A DNA stretch of 60,099 nucleotides, the filler included, from Basidioascus undulatus (lineage: Eukaryota), in NCBI GenBank assembly GCA_000826855.1. It is 4 parts of 4 records of this genome, joined end to end, with 100 filler letters (N's around TTAATTAATTAA, not from the genome) between each part and the next. Parts side by side here need not be neighbours in the genome. Positions count along the whole stretch, not along the records: positions 15,061 to 30,013 come from JTLS01000677.1; positions 30,114 to 45,059 come from JTLS01000678.1; 2 more parts are not named here. One strand, 5' to 3'. A program made the position numbers and the translations under genes. The notes beneath the pieces were generated by a model. The model was not told the origin of the DNA, searched no databases, and saw only the letters and a list, made by a program, of their open reading frames with translations. Positions 24,651 through 37,387 of this stretch are shown here, piece by piece. Position 1 is the first letter of the stretch. Every line of letters begins with the position of its first letter.

Positions 24651-27600
24651 TCATCGCTTAGCCTTCTTGTCCTTCTTGTTATTCTTGCCGCCCTCCTTCG
24701 GGCTGTCTACCACCTCCTCCGCCTTGCGCTTCCCCCCGACGGCGGCAGCCGACTTGATGCTGACCGTCCCCTTGCCCCCGCGCGCGACTTGCGCTTCGGC
24801 AGCCGTCCAGTCGACGTCCTCGCCGTCCCGGATTGCGTACCTGTGCAGATGCGCAAGGGTCAGCACAAACGTAACGGAGAGCCAGGAAGGAATACGCACT
24901 TAGACAGATCGAGCGAGTCGATGACCTCGCGCTGCATGTCACGCATCTTCTGTGTCACCTCGTCCCCAGCTTCGGCCAGCTCCTCTTCGACCGAACGCTT
25001 CATCGGCTTCCAGTCAGCCGTCCCGCCGTGGACGGCCGCGTCGCCCTTGCGTTGGACGCTGGCGACCGCGGACGCGTCAGGCAGGTCCGCGCCGATCGCG
25101 GCCTTCTCGAGGTCCTGCAGGTGCTTCGTGAAGCGGCGGACGACCTTGACGAAGAGCGCGAGCGCCTGGCTGACGGGGAGGCCGAGCTCAGCCTGTCACA
25201 TAGTTCATCAGTCGTTGCACATCAGCACAGTGTTGTTTTTGTAATGCGAGTCAAAACTCTGCGACACACCTCGATGTCCTCAATCGACTTGCGCTGCAGG
25301 CCGAGAGCAAGGAGGATCGAGCTCTGGACGCCCGAGATCTTGACGTCTGCGCCGAGGCGCTGGGTGAAGTAGAGGGACGCAAGCGTGGGGAGGAGGTCGA
25401 GGATGACGTGGTAGTCGAGCATGTTGTTCGCGTACGACTCGAGCCGCTTGAGGTCGAACGGGCTCAGCAGCATCCGGAGCTCGTCGACGGTCAGGTCTGC
25501 ACGCCGAGTTGGCAGTGAGCTGCGTTTGTTGAGAAATCGGGTCCGGAGAAGGGAGGAAGATGTACCTCGCCGGTCCTCGGCACGGCTACCGGCGCTGGCG
25601 GCCTCGAGCACGCTGAGCGACATGACGGACGGGAACTCGCGGAACTTGTACGATAAGAGGGAGAGGAAGCGTTTCCGGAAGTCTGTCCCCACCAGCACCA
25701 TCGTCAGCAACCTCCCATCCTCCCACCGACACCGAGAACTCACCCTGCGCGAACGCCGACAGCCACACGCCCGTGTCCTCCTTGGTGCTGTTGAGGCCGC
25801 GGATCATGACGCACGAGTGCTCGCCCGTGAGCTCGTTGGTCGTCTGGCGGATGTAGAGCGGGACGAAGCCCTGGCGCTTCCAGAAGCGCAGCAGCGGCGC
25901 CGTCATCCCGTACGAGACGCCGAGGTAGTCGAGCGCCTCCGGGCGTCGCTCCGAGAGACGCTGCAGCAAAGGCGGCATCCGCGACGCGTCACGGATCGCG
26001 ATCTTGTCCGTCAGGAGGGAGGCGTCCTGGCACGGGCGAAAGTTCCAGTTCGTGGTCAAAGCCGGGCCGTCCGGAGGAAGAGGAGAACGCACCTCATCGA
26101 TCTGCGCCACATCCGCAAACGTCTCGCCCGTCTCCTCCTCCATCACCTCGTCCAAGTTGAGGAGCTCGCCCGAGTAGAACGAGTTGAGCGCATGCAGTGC
26201 GCGCGCGCCGTAGCCCATCTGTCCGCCATCAACAAAGTCAGCCTTCCTGCAGCCAGCCTCTCGTCATCCGCGAGATTTCCAAACGCACGTTCGAATAGTC
26301 CGGATGCGTCGCTATCCGCACAACGCGCGCGCCAGAGAGCCCCGCAAAGTCGTCGTCTTGGAACTGTGGGCGAGGCACGCATTAGCACGCGCTGCAAGGA
26401 AGAATGGCGGTCGACGGCGGGTGGACCCACCTGCTGAGACACGAGCCAGGGAATCAAGTCGCCTCCGGACCGGATACCGCGGCTGAGGTTGCTCAGAATG
26501 CTCTCCTTCGAGATCTTGCCCTCGAGGGCGACCTGTGCCATTCCCACCCGCACGCACTATCAGCGTCCGTGCTACCTGACCGTTCCCCAAGTAAACGCAC
26601 CTGCACGACGACAAGCGGATCGGGCAACGAGCTCTCGTCGTCCCTAATCGGGGGGAGGAGGACAAACAGCGCGTGGCCCGGCGCATCGCTCATGAGCTGC
26701 AGGTCGTTCGGCGAGTTCTTGTAGTGGCTCGCAACGTAGAGGGCCATCATGCGCTGGAGGAACACCTCGCTCGCGGGGTGGAAGCTAAACAGCGTGTCGC
26801 GGTTGACGTAGAAGAGCTCGCACTTGTCCGGGTGGGGTGTGCCCGCCGCACTGCGATTCACGACCGTCGCGTCGAGGCAGAGGAGGCCGTTGAGCCAGCG
26901 CTCGACGCGGTCCCCGGTCCCGTACCGGATCGGCTCGTCGAGCTTGATCTCGCGCAGCGAGCGCGTGCGCCCGCCCGAGGACACCCCCTCCGGCTTCTTC
27001 TTCTTCGCGCCGTCTTTTGTCGGCCCGTCGTTGACGGTCCGCGAGACGGTCGGCCGAGTGGACTCGCGCAGCTGCTGGATCAGCTTGAGTGAGAGCGAGC
27101 GGCCGGTGCCCTCGTACCCGTTGATCGTCGACGACATGAACACGAGGTACGGCCCGATCAGGTTCCGCACGAGCGGGAGCGGGATCGCGGCCGCCTCGTC
27201 AATGACGACGAGCTCGGCCTGGCCGAGGACGTGCGCGTCTTGGGGTTGGATGTACTGCGCCATCCCCGTCCCCTCTCGTCAGCACCACCCACCACCCCAG
27301 CCATCATGGTTCCCCCTGCCGCCGCGCACCTGGATCGTCTGCCGGTGGCCCTTGAACACGTTGACGCGGACGATGGCCTTGGCAAACTCCGGGTTCGTGC
27401 TCTGGACGATGTCGTAGTCGAGGTGCTCCTCGTACCCGAGCGCGTCAAGGCCCTTGAACACAAACTCGAACACCGTCTTGAGGTTCTCCGGGCTCGGCGA
27501 CGTCACGAAGATGTTGCTGTATCCATGCGCGAGCGCCGAGGCGATCGCGAGCCCAAGGGAAGCGGACTTTCCGCGCCCGCGGGAGGCGGTCAGCGTCACC

Positions 27601-28693
27601 GTCGAGGAGAGCGTCTTCTCCGCTATCGCTTCAACGAAGGTGAGGAGCGCCTTGGCCTGTCCACCACCACCATCACAATCAGTCTTGCTCTTCCATCATC
27701 CTCACCTTCGCCTTCTCCCCGCCACAAAAGGGAGCCCAAAACGCACCTGGTCGATCGTCTTCGCCTCCTTCACCAGCTCCCCGACGACCTTGGTGTCCCT
27801 CAGCCCGTTCTTCAAGTCCTCCAGCTCGCGGCCCTTGCCCTTCGCAGCCTTCGCCGCGTAGTCCTCAGGCAGGGGCGCGATGTCCTTCCCGCGCGAGATG
27901 GGGAGGACGTTGAGCTCGTCGTCGAGGACGAGGCAGTCCTCGTTCGCGCCGAGGGAGAGGATGAAGCGCTCGTTGAAGCGCGCGACGGGCGACGTCTGGC
28001 TCTCGGTCCGGTACCGCGAGTGCACGTCCATCGACATGCTGTACAGCGAGCGAAGAGACATCATCGTCCGAAGCAGGAGGACCACGATCCCACCCCCTTG
28101 CACGGTCTCGACCGTGCGCGCGAGCAGGTTCGGCGTGAGCGCCTCGAAGTCTTGCAGGACGAGCATGCCGAAGGTCTGGCCGAGGATCTTGGGCGTGTCC
28201 TTGTAGTACCTGCCAAACCATCTCCCGCTTGAGCACCCTAAACCCCACCCGCAACACCAAGGAAGAAGAAGAGGAATAAGAAGACGTACGTGTAGCGGAT
28301 GTCCGTGACGGAAACGAAGAGCTCGAACGGGCTCGCCTCGTTCGGTTCGCGTATCCCGCGCTTTACATCACGCTTGATCTTGGCCTCGCGCTTCTTTCGA
28401 TGGCTGTGGAGTGGGAGGTGAGCAGCCCAACAGGGTATAGAGAGGGCTGTATGAACACACGAGGTAAAGCCAAGGTCCTTCTTGTAGCACCAGAGCACGT
28501 TCGGGCGCGCAGACGAGCGCGCCTGAGAGAGAAAGTAGTGCAAGTTGACGACCTGGTCCCTGCCGCGATCGCCGACGAGGACAAAGAAGCTGCGGTGATT
28601 TGTCTTTACGCCGTTGTCGATGAGATGGCGAATGCGCGAGTCGAGCTGCTTGAGCTTCCCGCCCGCCTTGGTCGTCGCGCCCTCGACCGACAT
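24651..28693 (-). CDS. KRE33: RNA cytidine acetyltransferase (18S rRNA/tRNA ac4C), NAT10/Kre33
   Basis: LDSRIRHLIDNGVKTNHRSFFVLVGD, LQDFEALTPNLLARTVETVQGGG, TASRGRGKSASLG, VIDEAAAIPLP, SSTINGYEGTGRSLSLKL, YVASHYKNSPNDLQLMSDAP, basic C-terminal tail. Confidence 0.98.
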
Positions 28694-29332
28694 CGCTGCT
28701 TGCTCGGGGGTAGTAGCTCTGGCGGAGAAAGGTCGGGCAAGGTCGGTGGGAGGAGAGGAAGAGGGGTGCGTGCGGGTGGAAGGTGAAGAGTGAGTGCGAG
28801 TGCGAAGTTGAGCGGGCGGCGAGGAGCAGGAGCAGCTATCCGAGAATTTCGAAGGGAAGAAATCGAGGGAAAGTCTTTGTCAGGAATGCAGGTGAGAGGA
28901 AGACGCACATCATGCTCACTTTCACATCACATTCCCACTACAAACAGAGCATTTCTTGGGAATAAAGTGTGATACAACAATATATGGGTCATGAAAGGTC
29001 ATCCAGGCCCTCTGCGGTGGCAGACAAGGTGAACTGCCAGCTGCACTGAGGTCCATGGGTCAGAGACTCCAAAGTTCTCTACCTGCTCGCACACATCGTG
29101 CACTACCATTTTTTTTTCTGAACTTGCAATATCTACGTATTTCCGGAATGTCCATACCTACTCTGGAGGAACAGTCGATACTGCCCAACTCATCGAGCAG
29201 GCAACCTGCATCGCAGGCGAGGCAAGTTTCACGTGCCTCTCCCCCGGGCGCCCTCGCCCGCCGAAGGGAAGCTCTCGTCTTCTCCCTCTCACCATCACCA
29301 CCATCACCTTCACGTATTCCTCCTCCAGCATC

Positions 29333-30013
29333 ATGTACTCCGCCGCCCCACCCTCTCCTCCTCCATTCCCGCCTCCAAATATCCCCTCCGTCGCCGTCCC
29401 CCTCCTCTCCCGCAGCGCGCCCCACCACCCTCCGACCCCAACAACCCCAACCGCCGCCGCGAGCACGAGCACTGCCACGCCCCTCGCGACGTCCCTCCTC
29501 CTCTCCTCGCTCTTCACCTCCTTCAACTTCCCCCCTCCCTCCACCGCCGCGGCCTGCGGGGGCGTCAGCTCGCTCCAGAAGGAGCCGCTGAGCTTGCAGA
29601 CTACCGTGCGTCGCCTCTCTCTCTTCTTCTTTCTTCGCTTTGCGTGTTGCTGATGAGTGAGAGGGGGAGAGCAGTCCATAAACTTCCGCAAATTCATGCA
29701 GAAGAGCGGGCCCATCTTCTGGGTGCAGGACCGCGTGGAGGGCGTCCTGCGCTGGGAAGACGCGCGGGCGTCCCTGGCGGCGGGGGTGATGTGGACGTTA
29801 GTCTGTATGCCCGCCCCTCTCCCTTCCCCTTCCCTCTTCCCCCATCTCATGCCACTTCTCCACCAGGCTACGCCCCCCGCCTCCTCCTCCTCACCCCACA
29901 CGTCCTCCTCCCCTCCATCCTCCTCTCAACCTACCGCCACCCTTCCACGCCCTCCCCCCCCCACAGATGGCGCTCTTCGTCTTCGTAACTGTCTCCTCAC
30001 CCGTCTGGGACTC
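29333..30013 (+). CDS. Integral peroxisomal/ER membrane peroxin (Pex24/Pex28/29-like), 3' partial
   Basis: KEPLSLQTT|SINFRKFMQKSGPIFWVQDRVEGVLRWED...VC|YAPRLLLL resembles the start of the Pex24p domain. Cut by the linker. Confidence 0.72.
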
Positions 30014-30113
30014 NNNNNNNNNNNNNNNNNNNNNNNNNNNNNNNNNNNNNNNNNNNNTTAATTAATTAANNNNNNNNNNNNNNNNNNNNNNNNNNNNNNN
30101 NNNNNNNNNNNNN
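30014..30113. other. Artificial contig linker
   Basis: N44-TTAATTAATTAA-N44. Confidence 0.98.
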
Positions 30114-31836
30114 CAGGCTTCGACGAGCACAGGGTATGTGGTTCGCCAAGGCACGCGCCGCGCTGTACTCGCGCCCGCGCGTCGAGGCGTACTACTTCGC
30201 TCCGGAGTCGTGCGTCAAGCTCAAAGATCTTGAAGCTGCCCGCGAGCGGCTCGCGGTTCTTGGTCCGATGCTCGAGCAGGAGCGCGTCGATGCGCTGCTC
30301 AAGGCCGCGAAGGACGCGGAGTCGCCCATCGCGAAGGCGAGGAAGCAGCTCGTCACGATTTACACCGTCGCGGTCGTCCGTGCCGAGAACCTGACGCCCG
30401 GCAAGAACGCCGGAAAGACGGATGCATTCGTCAAGCTCGACGCGAACGATGGATCGACGATCAAGCGCGTTGGCAAGACGAAGACGGTGGTCGATGCGCC
30501 CGATCCAACGTGGTAAGTCGCAGCTGCAGTGCTCTCATATTCAAGATATCGGCGTACTGACGAGCTCATCTATTTTTCTAGGGATCAAACCTTCGAGCTG
30601 TCCACCCTCAGCCCGACGGTGCTCGAGGCGACGGTCTGGAACCGGCAGCTCGTGGGCAAGCACGAGCTCATCGGCTCTGCGTCTTCGCGCTTCGACCCAG
30701 CCCAGTTTGCCGGCGGACTCGAGCACCACGTCTGGCTCACGCTGCATCCGCGCGGCCGCTTGCTGATTCGCGTCGCGCAGGAGGGCGAGCAGGACGAGAT
30801 CCCATTCTGGCTCGCCCGCGCTGACAAGGCTCTCGAAAGAGCCGAGGGCGACATGGCCAAGATCGCCGTCAACAAGGTACTTTCCGTAAATCTTTCACAC
30901 AACGCGCAGATGCTGAACCAGGCGTGGGTGGTGTTGCAGATGGCGATCTACATCCGGCATTGCCTATCGCGCGACGTCCTCGGCGCGCTCGTCAAGAACC
31001 CGGTGAGGTTCAGGCCGAAGGAGAAGACGCCCATGGCCCCGCTGTCCGGCCCCGAGATCGAGCAGGCCATTTCTCCATTGTTTGACTACTTCGACAGGTG
31101 AGTCTCTTGCAGCACTTGATCTTAAGAGGAGACGCTTATCTGTTCGCTGCAGGTCGTTCGAGACCTTCGAGCGCAATCTGGGCAAGGACATCAAAGACGT
31201 GATTATGGCGAATGTACGTTCGAAAAACATCAGCATCCAGCACCGCCTTATCCAGTGCCGTCTTACTGACACCCTTCGTCAGGCGTGGCAGGATATCTTG
31301 AAGGTCATCGCTGGTCTTCTCATCCCGATCTTGGCCGCTTCGGTGTCGACGCTGCAGCCTCTCTCGACCGAGGAGGTCGAGGTCGTCTTCAAGTGGCTCC
31401 GATACCTGAAGTCGTACTTCAACTGCGTCGAGGACGGCGTCGAGCGGGGCGTGCCGAACACCATCCTCACCTCGGGCGACTACCGCCTCGTCTTGTCCAT
31501 CGCGCCCGTGTACGACCTCGAGACGGACGTGCTCAAGAAACGGACTACCGACATCGTAAATAGTCTGATGCGCCGCGCGCATCAGACGAGCACCGCTGCC
31601 TCTTCGCGTGCCGCCGCGGCGAACGAGGTCCAGGTTGAGGTTCTGCTCCGGGGTGTTGCGCATGAGGTGAGTCTGGATCTTTTTCTAGTGTTTGACCGGA
31701 CTCAATGTGCTGATCGTGAAACCGGGTCCGCATCAGGCCGAACACGGCGCCGTTCTTGACGGAGCAGTTCGACCTGATCGCGCAGCTCACCTCGAGCGAG
31801 CATCAGGTCCGGCGCTCGCAACCTGTCGGAGCTTGA
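30114..31836 (+). CDS. Munc13-homology/C2 domain protein (Ync13/Git1-like), 5' partial, with +1 frameshift near the 3' end
   Basis: PESCVKLKDLEAAR, C2 domain YTVAVVRAENL...DAFVKL...KTKTVVDAPDPTW|DQTFEL, MHD2-like AISPLFDYFD and VVFKWLRYLKSYF. Terminal LLRVLRMRP is in frame only after removing one G at 31650-31653. Confidence 0.85.
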
Positions 31837-32829
31837 TATTTCCCCCGCATCCTTCATATCTTCTATAGCGGATATTCTTATTTCTCTTTTGTACCGGATG
31901 CTTGAAGCTTCATGTTGTGGCCTGTCTTTCTCGCCTCTATCGCTGCTTTCCGGTCTTGACCTCCCGCCGGTTCCGTCGTTCCTTCTACTACTTTCTCAAT
32001 TTGTACCGATTTTGTACGAGCTGTCCCTGCTGTAGTCATTACGATTTTAATTGCCTTGAGCGTGCTGTCTCCGTCGACGTGGTGGCAGTGAGGTGAGGTA
32101 GAAGCAGTCCTTCGTTAAAAAAGGTGTGACAGGTAATTGGTTTGAGAATAGCGGCAATGCTTTGGTTCCTTCTGTATTTTGCCAGGCACGTCGGCTGTGT
32201 GCAACAGTCAGTACCTACTGTTGAGTTGGGCATGTGCAGATTTCTGTACCGGGTGAGGCAACAGCATGAAAACGAGCCCAGTCGAGGGTCCTTACGCAAG
32301 GTAAGAGCTGTGCAACTGGGCACACGAGGGGTAAATGAGCCACAAGATTTCTTGCTGTATGGATTCGCGTCCAACCTCAGACGGTGTCGAAGAGGATGCT
32401 TGCCCTCGCTCCCTCGTTGCTCGTAACCGCTGCTTGGCCTCCTTCCCTTCTTACTTAGAGTAACATGGCTCTAGTAACTGCATATAATAATCCAAACAAC
32501 AAGAGAGGCGTTGAGGGCGTTGCATGTAGCACACGGATGTCGACGGCGCAACACAGCTCTTGCGACGAGCACGGGAGTGAAGCGGACGCTGTGCCCGGCC
32601 AGCTGACATATTCTCAGGGTTATCTCTTTGGACACTTTAAAGGCGCGTGTGATTATGGGTATAGTGGATTTGCGCACACCGCTTCTCGACACTGCCTGTC
32701 GGGGTGCGGTAGCGGAAGAGCTGCATGCACCTGATTGGCCTTTGCAGGCTGTAGCTCACGGTAAGGGAAGGGAAATTATGCACCAACCGGTAGTTGATAC
32801 AGAACAGTGATCCATGCAGTTTTTAGCCA

Positions 32830-34534
32830 ACCCCTAACAATCGCGACGACCCCCAGCGTGCACCCTCACGTCGAGCAGGTCGGTGGTGGGTCGGTGCGCG
32901 AGATCTCCTCGGGATTGGCGTGGTGCGGCCGGCTCGCTGGTTGAGCGGCGGTACTGGGCACCCCGATCGAAGGTCCAGGCGCGCTTGTCCGGGTGGACAC
33001 GGGCTCAAGAGCCAGTGGCCGCTTGACGTCTGGCGCGAAAGATGAGGTCGACATCATCTCCGTCCCCATCGTGCTCCCTAATGCTCCCGGTAGATGATGG
33101 CTGCGCCTGGAGGAAAGGTGACCACAGACTTGGTATGGAAGGCCAAAAAGGAATGAGATAAGCGGTATCTTACAGAAGTTAAGGCCGCAAGGTTGATGTT
33201 GTTCTGGATAGTACTAGGTTAGGAGGTACACGAGAAGCCATCCGCGGTGGAATAGGCCTTCCACCTGGGGTCTACGTTACTCAAATAGCGGGGCCACCCG
33301 CTGTCGGGAAGGTAGCCTTGACTCGGAAGAGAGGAGCGGTACGCGAGACCTACCAGGAGGGTAGCCACCCCGGCTCTGGCAATCGTCGAAAGTGTGGTCC
33401 ATATAGTTGACGGGAACCAGCCAATCGCAGGCCCTGTCCATGCCCTGTCGTACTTGAGACTGAGATGTGTGTACCATTCTTATAAAGCGGAAACGCCTAC
33501 GTCGTTCAAACAGAAGTTGCCTATGTTTACATGCGCAAGTACGAATTAGCTTACCGACATTGGCTCCAACCACCCACCGTTGTTGCCCCTAGTCGGATTG
33601 ATGCAAACTGCTGAGGGATTGAGCTCTGCACTGACTTGACGGTGCAAGACCAATCATACACACCTCGGATACAAGCAGTGGTGGCGTTGATAGCGCCCTG
33701 ATGTCGAATGCATTCAACGGTGACCATCAGTACAACAACTACATAATTAACTACGCACCACCCATTGTTCCCAATGCTGATCGTCACCCGTGACCACATC
33801 ACAGGTAACATTCCCACCGACCTTCTCTTATCGCATAAACTGGTAGTTATCGACCAAATTAACTCCAGACTCATCGGCCAGCCATGCCCATCGTCTCCGG
33901 GATACCGAAACACACCGGAGAAGTCTGTCTGGATCCCTAATTTTGTGAAATTGCCTTGTAAAAACTGGGGCGGTCTCGTAGCGGCTCTTCACCTCTTGTG
34001 CAGTGCGCATGACGTCAGCACGTGGTTGGGCTCGTGAACGTATGCACACGCACGCCCAACGGTTCAGTACTGGAAATGGCACCCAGATCTCCCAGTCATA
34101 TACACGCGCGAAGTGGACGGCTGATACGGTGCCGTCAGGGATGACGCGGGCAATTGTTTCGTGGTTGCGTGCACCATGCGACAAGGTTCTTCTCGACCTA
34201 TGCTTTGGGCGAGTTGCTGTCGGAGGGAGCGAAAATGCACCAATCCTGTGCGACCCCTATGTCAGCCTGTTCATTGCAGTGCTCAGTGTGGGTGGAAGCA
34301 GGTCACGTCGGCAGCGTTGACATAGCCAAGCGGGATAAGGAGGCTTGATTGACGGGGGGTGTTGAGGGTTGCTGTGGACGAAACGCATATAAGCTCTAAC
34401 GCCTCGCAGATCTATCGCACATTTAGGCTGGACGTACCTGCAGGTGGGTTGGTGGCACCGATTGTGCCGGTCCCATACATCTTAGCGCCCACCGCGATGG
34501 CCGAAACCAGACGCGTTGCAAGCGCGAGACGCAT
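32830..34534 (-). pseudogene. Decayed MP88-like / macrophage-activating-glycoprotein-like secreted mannoprotein gene
   Basis: Exonic motifs GATNPPA|ATLNTP(VNQ)..YVNAAD|DWCIFAP, VAWCTQPRNN/ARVIPDGTVSAVHF, GNFTKLGI, VGGNVT..WEQW, CDWLVPVNY..FDDC..YPPG and a Ser/Thr-rich tail. In-frame TAG at 34198-34200 and frameshifts. The 3' boundary is approximate. Confidence 0.8.
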
Positions 34535-35316
34535 GATTGTATGCGTTAAGATGCGCTGTATAAACTGCACGGGTGGGTGCGGCGACTGAGGGAAGCGCAG
34601 GCGTGTACGAGGAGCGGTGCGAAGCGGGAGAAGTGCAACTAGTCGACTTGCAGGTCTCTCCGTCCATAAATTGCATGCTAGTGTGACCTTTGTCACTTTG
34701 TGAAAAAAGATCTTGCAGCTTCAAGGCAGCAGCCAGTCAGCAGCCTGTCGCCGTGGCAGTGGCTCCCGGAGAACTGTCATCGCCCGTGCCCTGAAAAGTT
34801 TCCGCTGCACGCTTCAACATCTCCACGCATAATATATTAAATACCGTTACTGCTTTGCGGCTCACGGAGCGAGCTCTCTGAGAGGGGCGTGGCGTTTATG
34901 GCGCCCATTCCTGTGCCCAGGGCCAGGCACATGTGTCGCGGCGTGAGGAAGGGCGGCAGCCGGTCGGAGAACTCCCGCCTATCGGGATGAACCGCAGGGC
35001 CGCAGGGTGAGTGAGCAGAAGAAGAACGCAGAACGACGATGACAGTGATCTGCAACACGGCATTAGCTTGCACCAGATTTGACCAGATCGCAAGACGTGC
35101 GTTAAAATCAAAGGGCAATCGCCCAGTCTTCACCACATGGAGGCTCGTCATACACAGTCCATAGCGCACCCCACCGAAGTGCAGCACGCGAGACAGCGAA
35201 TAAGAAAGAACGCGTGCATGATGCAAAACCCCTTTACATCTCGCCATGGGTCTTGTCTGTGCTCCTCAAGATGAAAACAGTCAGCCGCCTTGGCATACAC
35301 GCCGCACCCCCGGGTA

Positions 35317-36696
35317 TCACGCAGACGTACGGAAGTCCACCAAGCGCCACTTTCTTGCGTCCGTCGGGTGCTCCACTGCGATGCCAGCGCGCAGGAGGAA
35401 CAGGCCCATCTCGCGCGGGTGGTCCTTGCCGTCGACCCAGGGGTCCGCAGGGCTCTCGAACGACCTGTTCATCAGCTCCTGGAGCCGGAAGTGAAACGTG
35501 AGCGTGAGTATCGGCTGTGGGGTAGCGATGGGAAAGACAGACGGACGCTGAGTAAGGTCGCGAATTGGCCGCGTCGTTCCGTTTCTGCATCGCCACCGTG
35601 GCCGGACGATTTGAAGTATTTACGGATGTCCTGAATACATCCTCATCAGAGAAGGAGGAATATTTGGCCGTAAAACTCATAGCGCACCGCTTGCCCACCC
35701 CGCCGCCCATCTTCGTCATCTTCGTCATCCTCCTCATCCGGCCGGTCGTAATTGCCGTTGAATACGTTCTGCACCTCGCCCATGAGCTCCTCGACGTGTC
35801 GCTCGAGCGCCGAGAGCTTGAAGGCGGCGCCCCTGCGAAACATTCTTGGGCATCAGAGCGATGGGAAACGATGCAGTGCCAAGACGCACGAGATGAGCTG
35901 CTCCTCCGTCAGGCCCTCCTCCTTCGCGTCGACCTCGGCCTTTCTTGCCCTCAGTCCATCCCGTATGACCAAGCTCTCCTGAAAGAGGTTCTTCTCCCTG
36001 CCGCCAGAGCATCACAGTCAATCTTACGGCCCAACATTCTCACGCGGCATCGCACTGACCGCTCCAGATCTGCCTTCGCCGCCTCCAACTCCTCCTTCAG
36101 GCTCTCGATCAGAGGGCCGCATACTTCGACCGCGTCCGCGGTGAGTTTGGCGACGCGCTTTTCTCGCAGGATGGGATCGATAGGTGGCACGGGAGCCGCG
36201 GCGACTGGGCAGCGGGGCGGGTGAGCGCTGGCGAAGGTTGAGGGCGTCGAGGAACCCACGGCGGCGCTGGTGCTTGACATGGATACGTAAACGATGCAGC
36301 TCAAGCTGGAGGAGGCTTCGGCGCTGAGACGTAGCGCATCAGCCTCCAAAAGACCGCGAGAAAAGAGAGAGCGCTGCACCTTCTCCTCGAAGCTAGCCGT
36401 CGCCTGCTGCTCCATCCCGAACCTCTTCGCTTTGACCTGAACTCAAAGCATAAGCACACCTGGTAACAAACCCTGGACCTGGAAGTACGTACTTCGTCAA
36501 GCTCCCTCTCCTTCCTCAGCACCTCCTCCCTGACCTCCCGTATCCGCCTCCCTACCTCCGACCCATCGTCGTCTTCCGCCCCAGCGGGCGCCTTGCCCTT
36601 CGCGTCCGCCTGCTTCCTCTCCTGCAGCAGGGCGAGTTTGACCGCTAGTGCACGGGCCCTCTCGGGGTTAAGATGGAGGAGATTGAACGAAGACAT
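35317..36696 (-). CDS. CENPK: Centromere protein K (CENP-K/Sim4/Mcm22)-like coiled-coil protein, 7 exons
   Basis: Coiled-coil N-terminal half. The C-terminus ELMNRSFESPADPWV...LFLLRAGIAVEHPTDARKWRLVDF* matches the CENP-K signature DP(Y/W)V...LLRxGIAxxHPxD..R(L/I)xxF. All introns are GT-AG and in frame. Confidence 0.8.
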
Positions 36697-36725
36697 GGTG
36701 AGTTGATGGAGGTGAACGACAAGTG

Positions 36726-36757
36726 GCGCGTCGACGACGCGTCTCGATCAAGCGCGT
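36726..36757. promoter_or_regulatory. Cluster of MCB-like elements upstream of the CENP-K-like gene
   Basis: GCGCGT (36726), ACGCGT (36737) and GCGCGT (36752), 30-60 nt upstream of the ATG. Confidence 0.4.
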
Positions 36758-37387
36758 GCGGCAGCACAGGTGGGTTGCCAAGCAAAAAGAGATTCGTGCT
36801 TGCCATCACACAAGAGACTATCTTCGCATAATTCTTGAAGAAAAAAAGGAATTGAAATACAGACTCTGGTCGTAGAAAATGCTGAGGTACTGACAGGCCT
36901 GGGAGCGCCTGCGCAGCTGACCTCTCCTCACCGCTCCTGCGTCAACCCCGGTTGAAGTACCTATTGCCGCCTGTTGCATGTGAAACATTCACAGGAGTCG
37001 ATCGCGTTGTCGAGGGGCCTATGGCAGGCAGACGAGGTGGGCGGAAGCTCAGATGTGCTCGTCTGCTTTGTGTTTTCTCTCCGTAGAAACTCGTGCCTGC
37101 CTAGTTTTCGCTGGAAAAGGTCTCAATACGCAAACGAAGAAGGGACAAGTCCAACCCATCGGTTGATGACCGAATGACCAACCCCCGCCCCGATCGTACA
37201 ACAGCCTATACAATGCGCTCCTCCTATCGAAACACTCCCGAAATCACAACAGTGTGGCTGCTCCCCCCCGCCCCCTTTCTCCCCCTCTTCTCTCTCTCGC
37301 CGTATACAGAAAAAGCAATGCTAGTGGCATCAAGGGTAACAAGTGAGGGTCGGAGCCCGAAATGAAAACGAAAACGAAACCGCCCCT

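Noticed and set aside
36190..36380. Apparent frameshift in the CENP-K-like gene
   Set aside because: Resolved by two ordinary GT-AG introns with branch sites, so the frame is intact.
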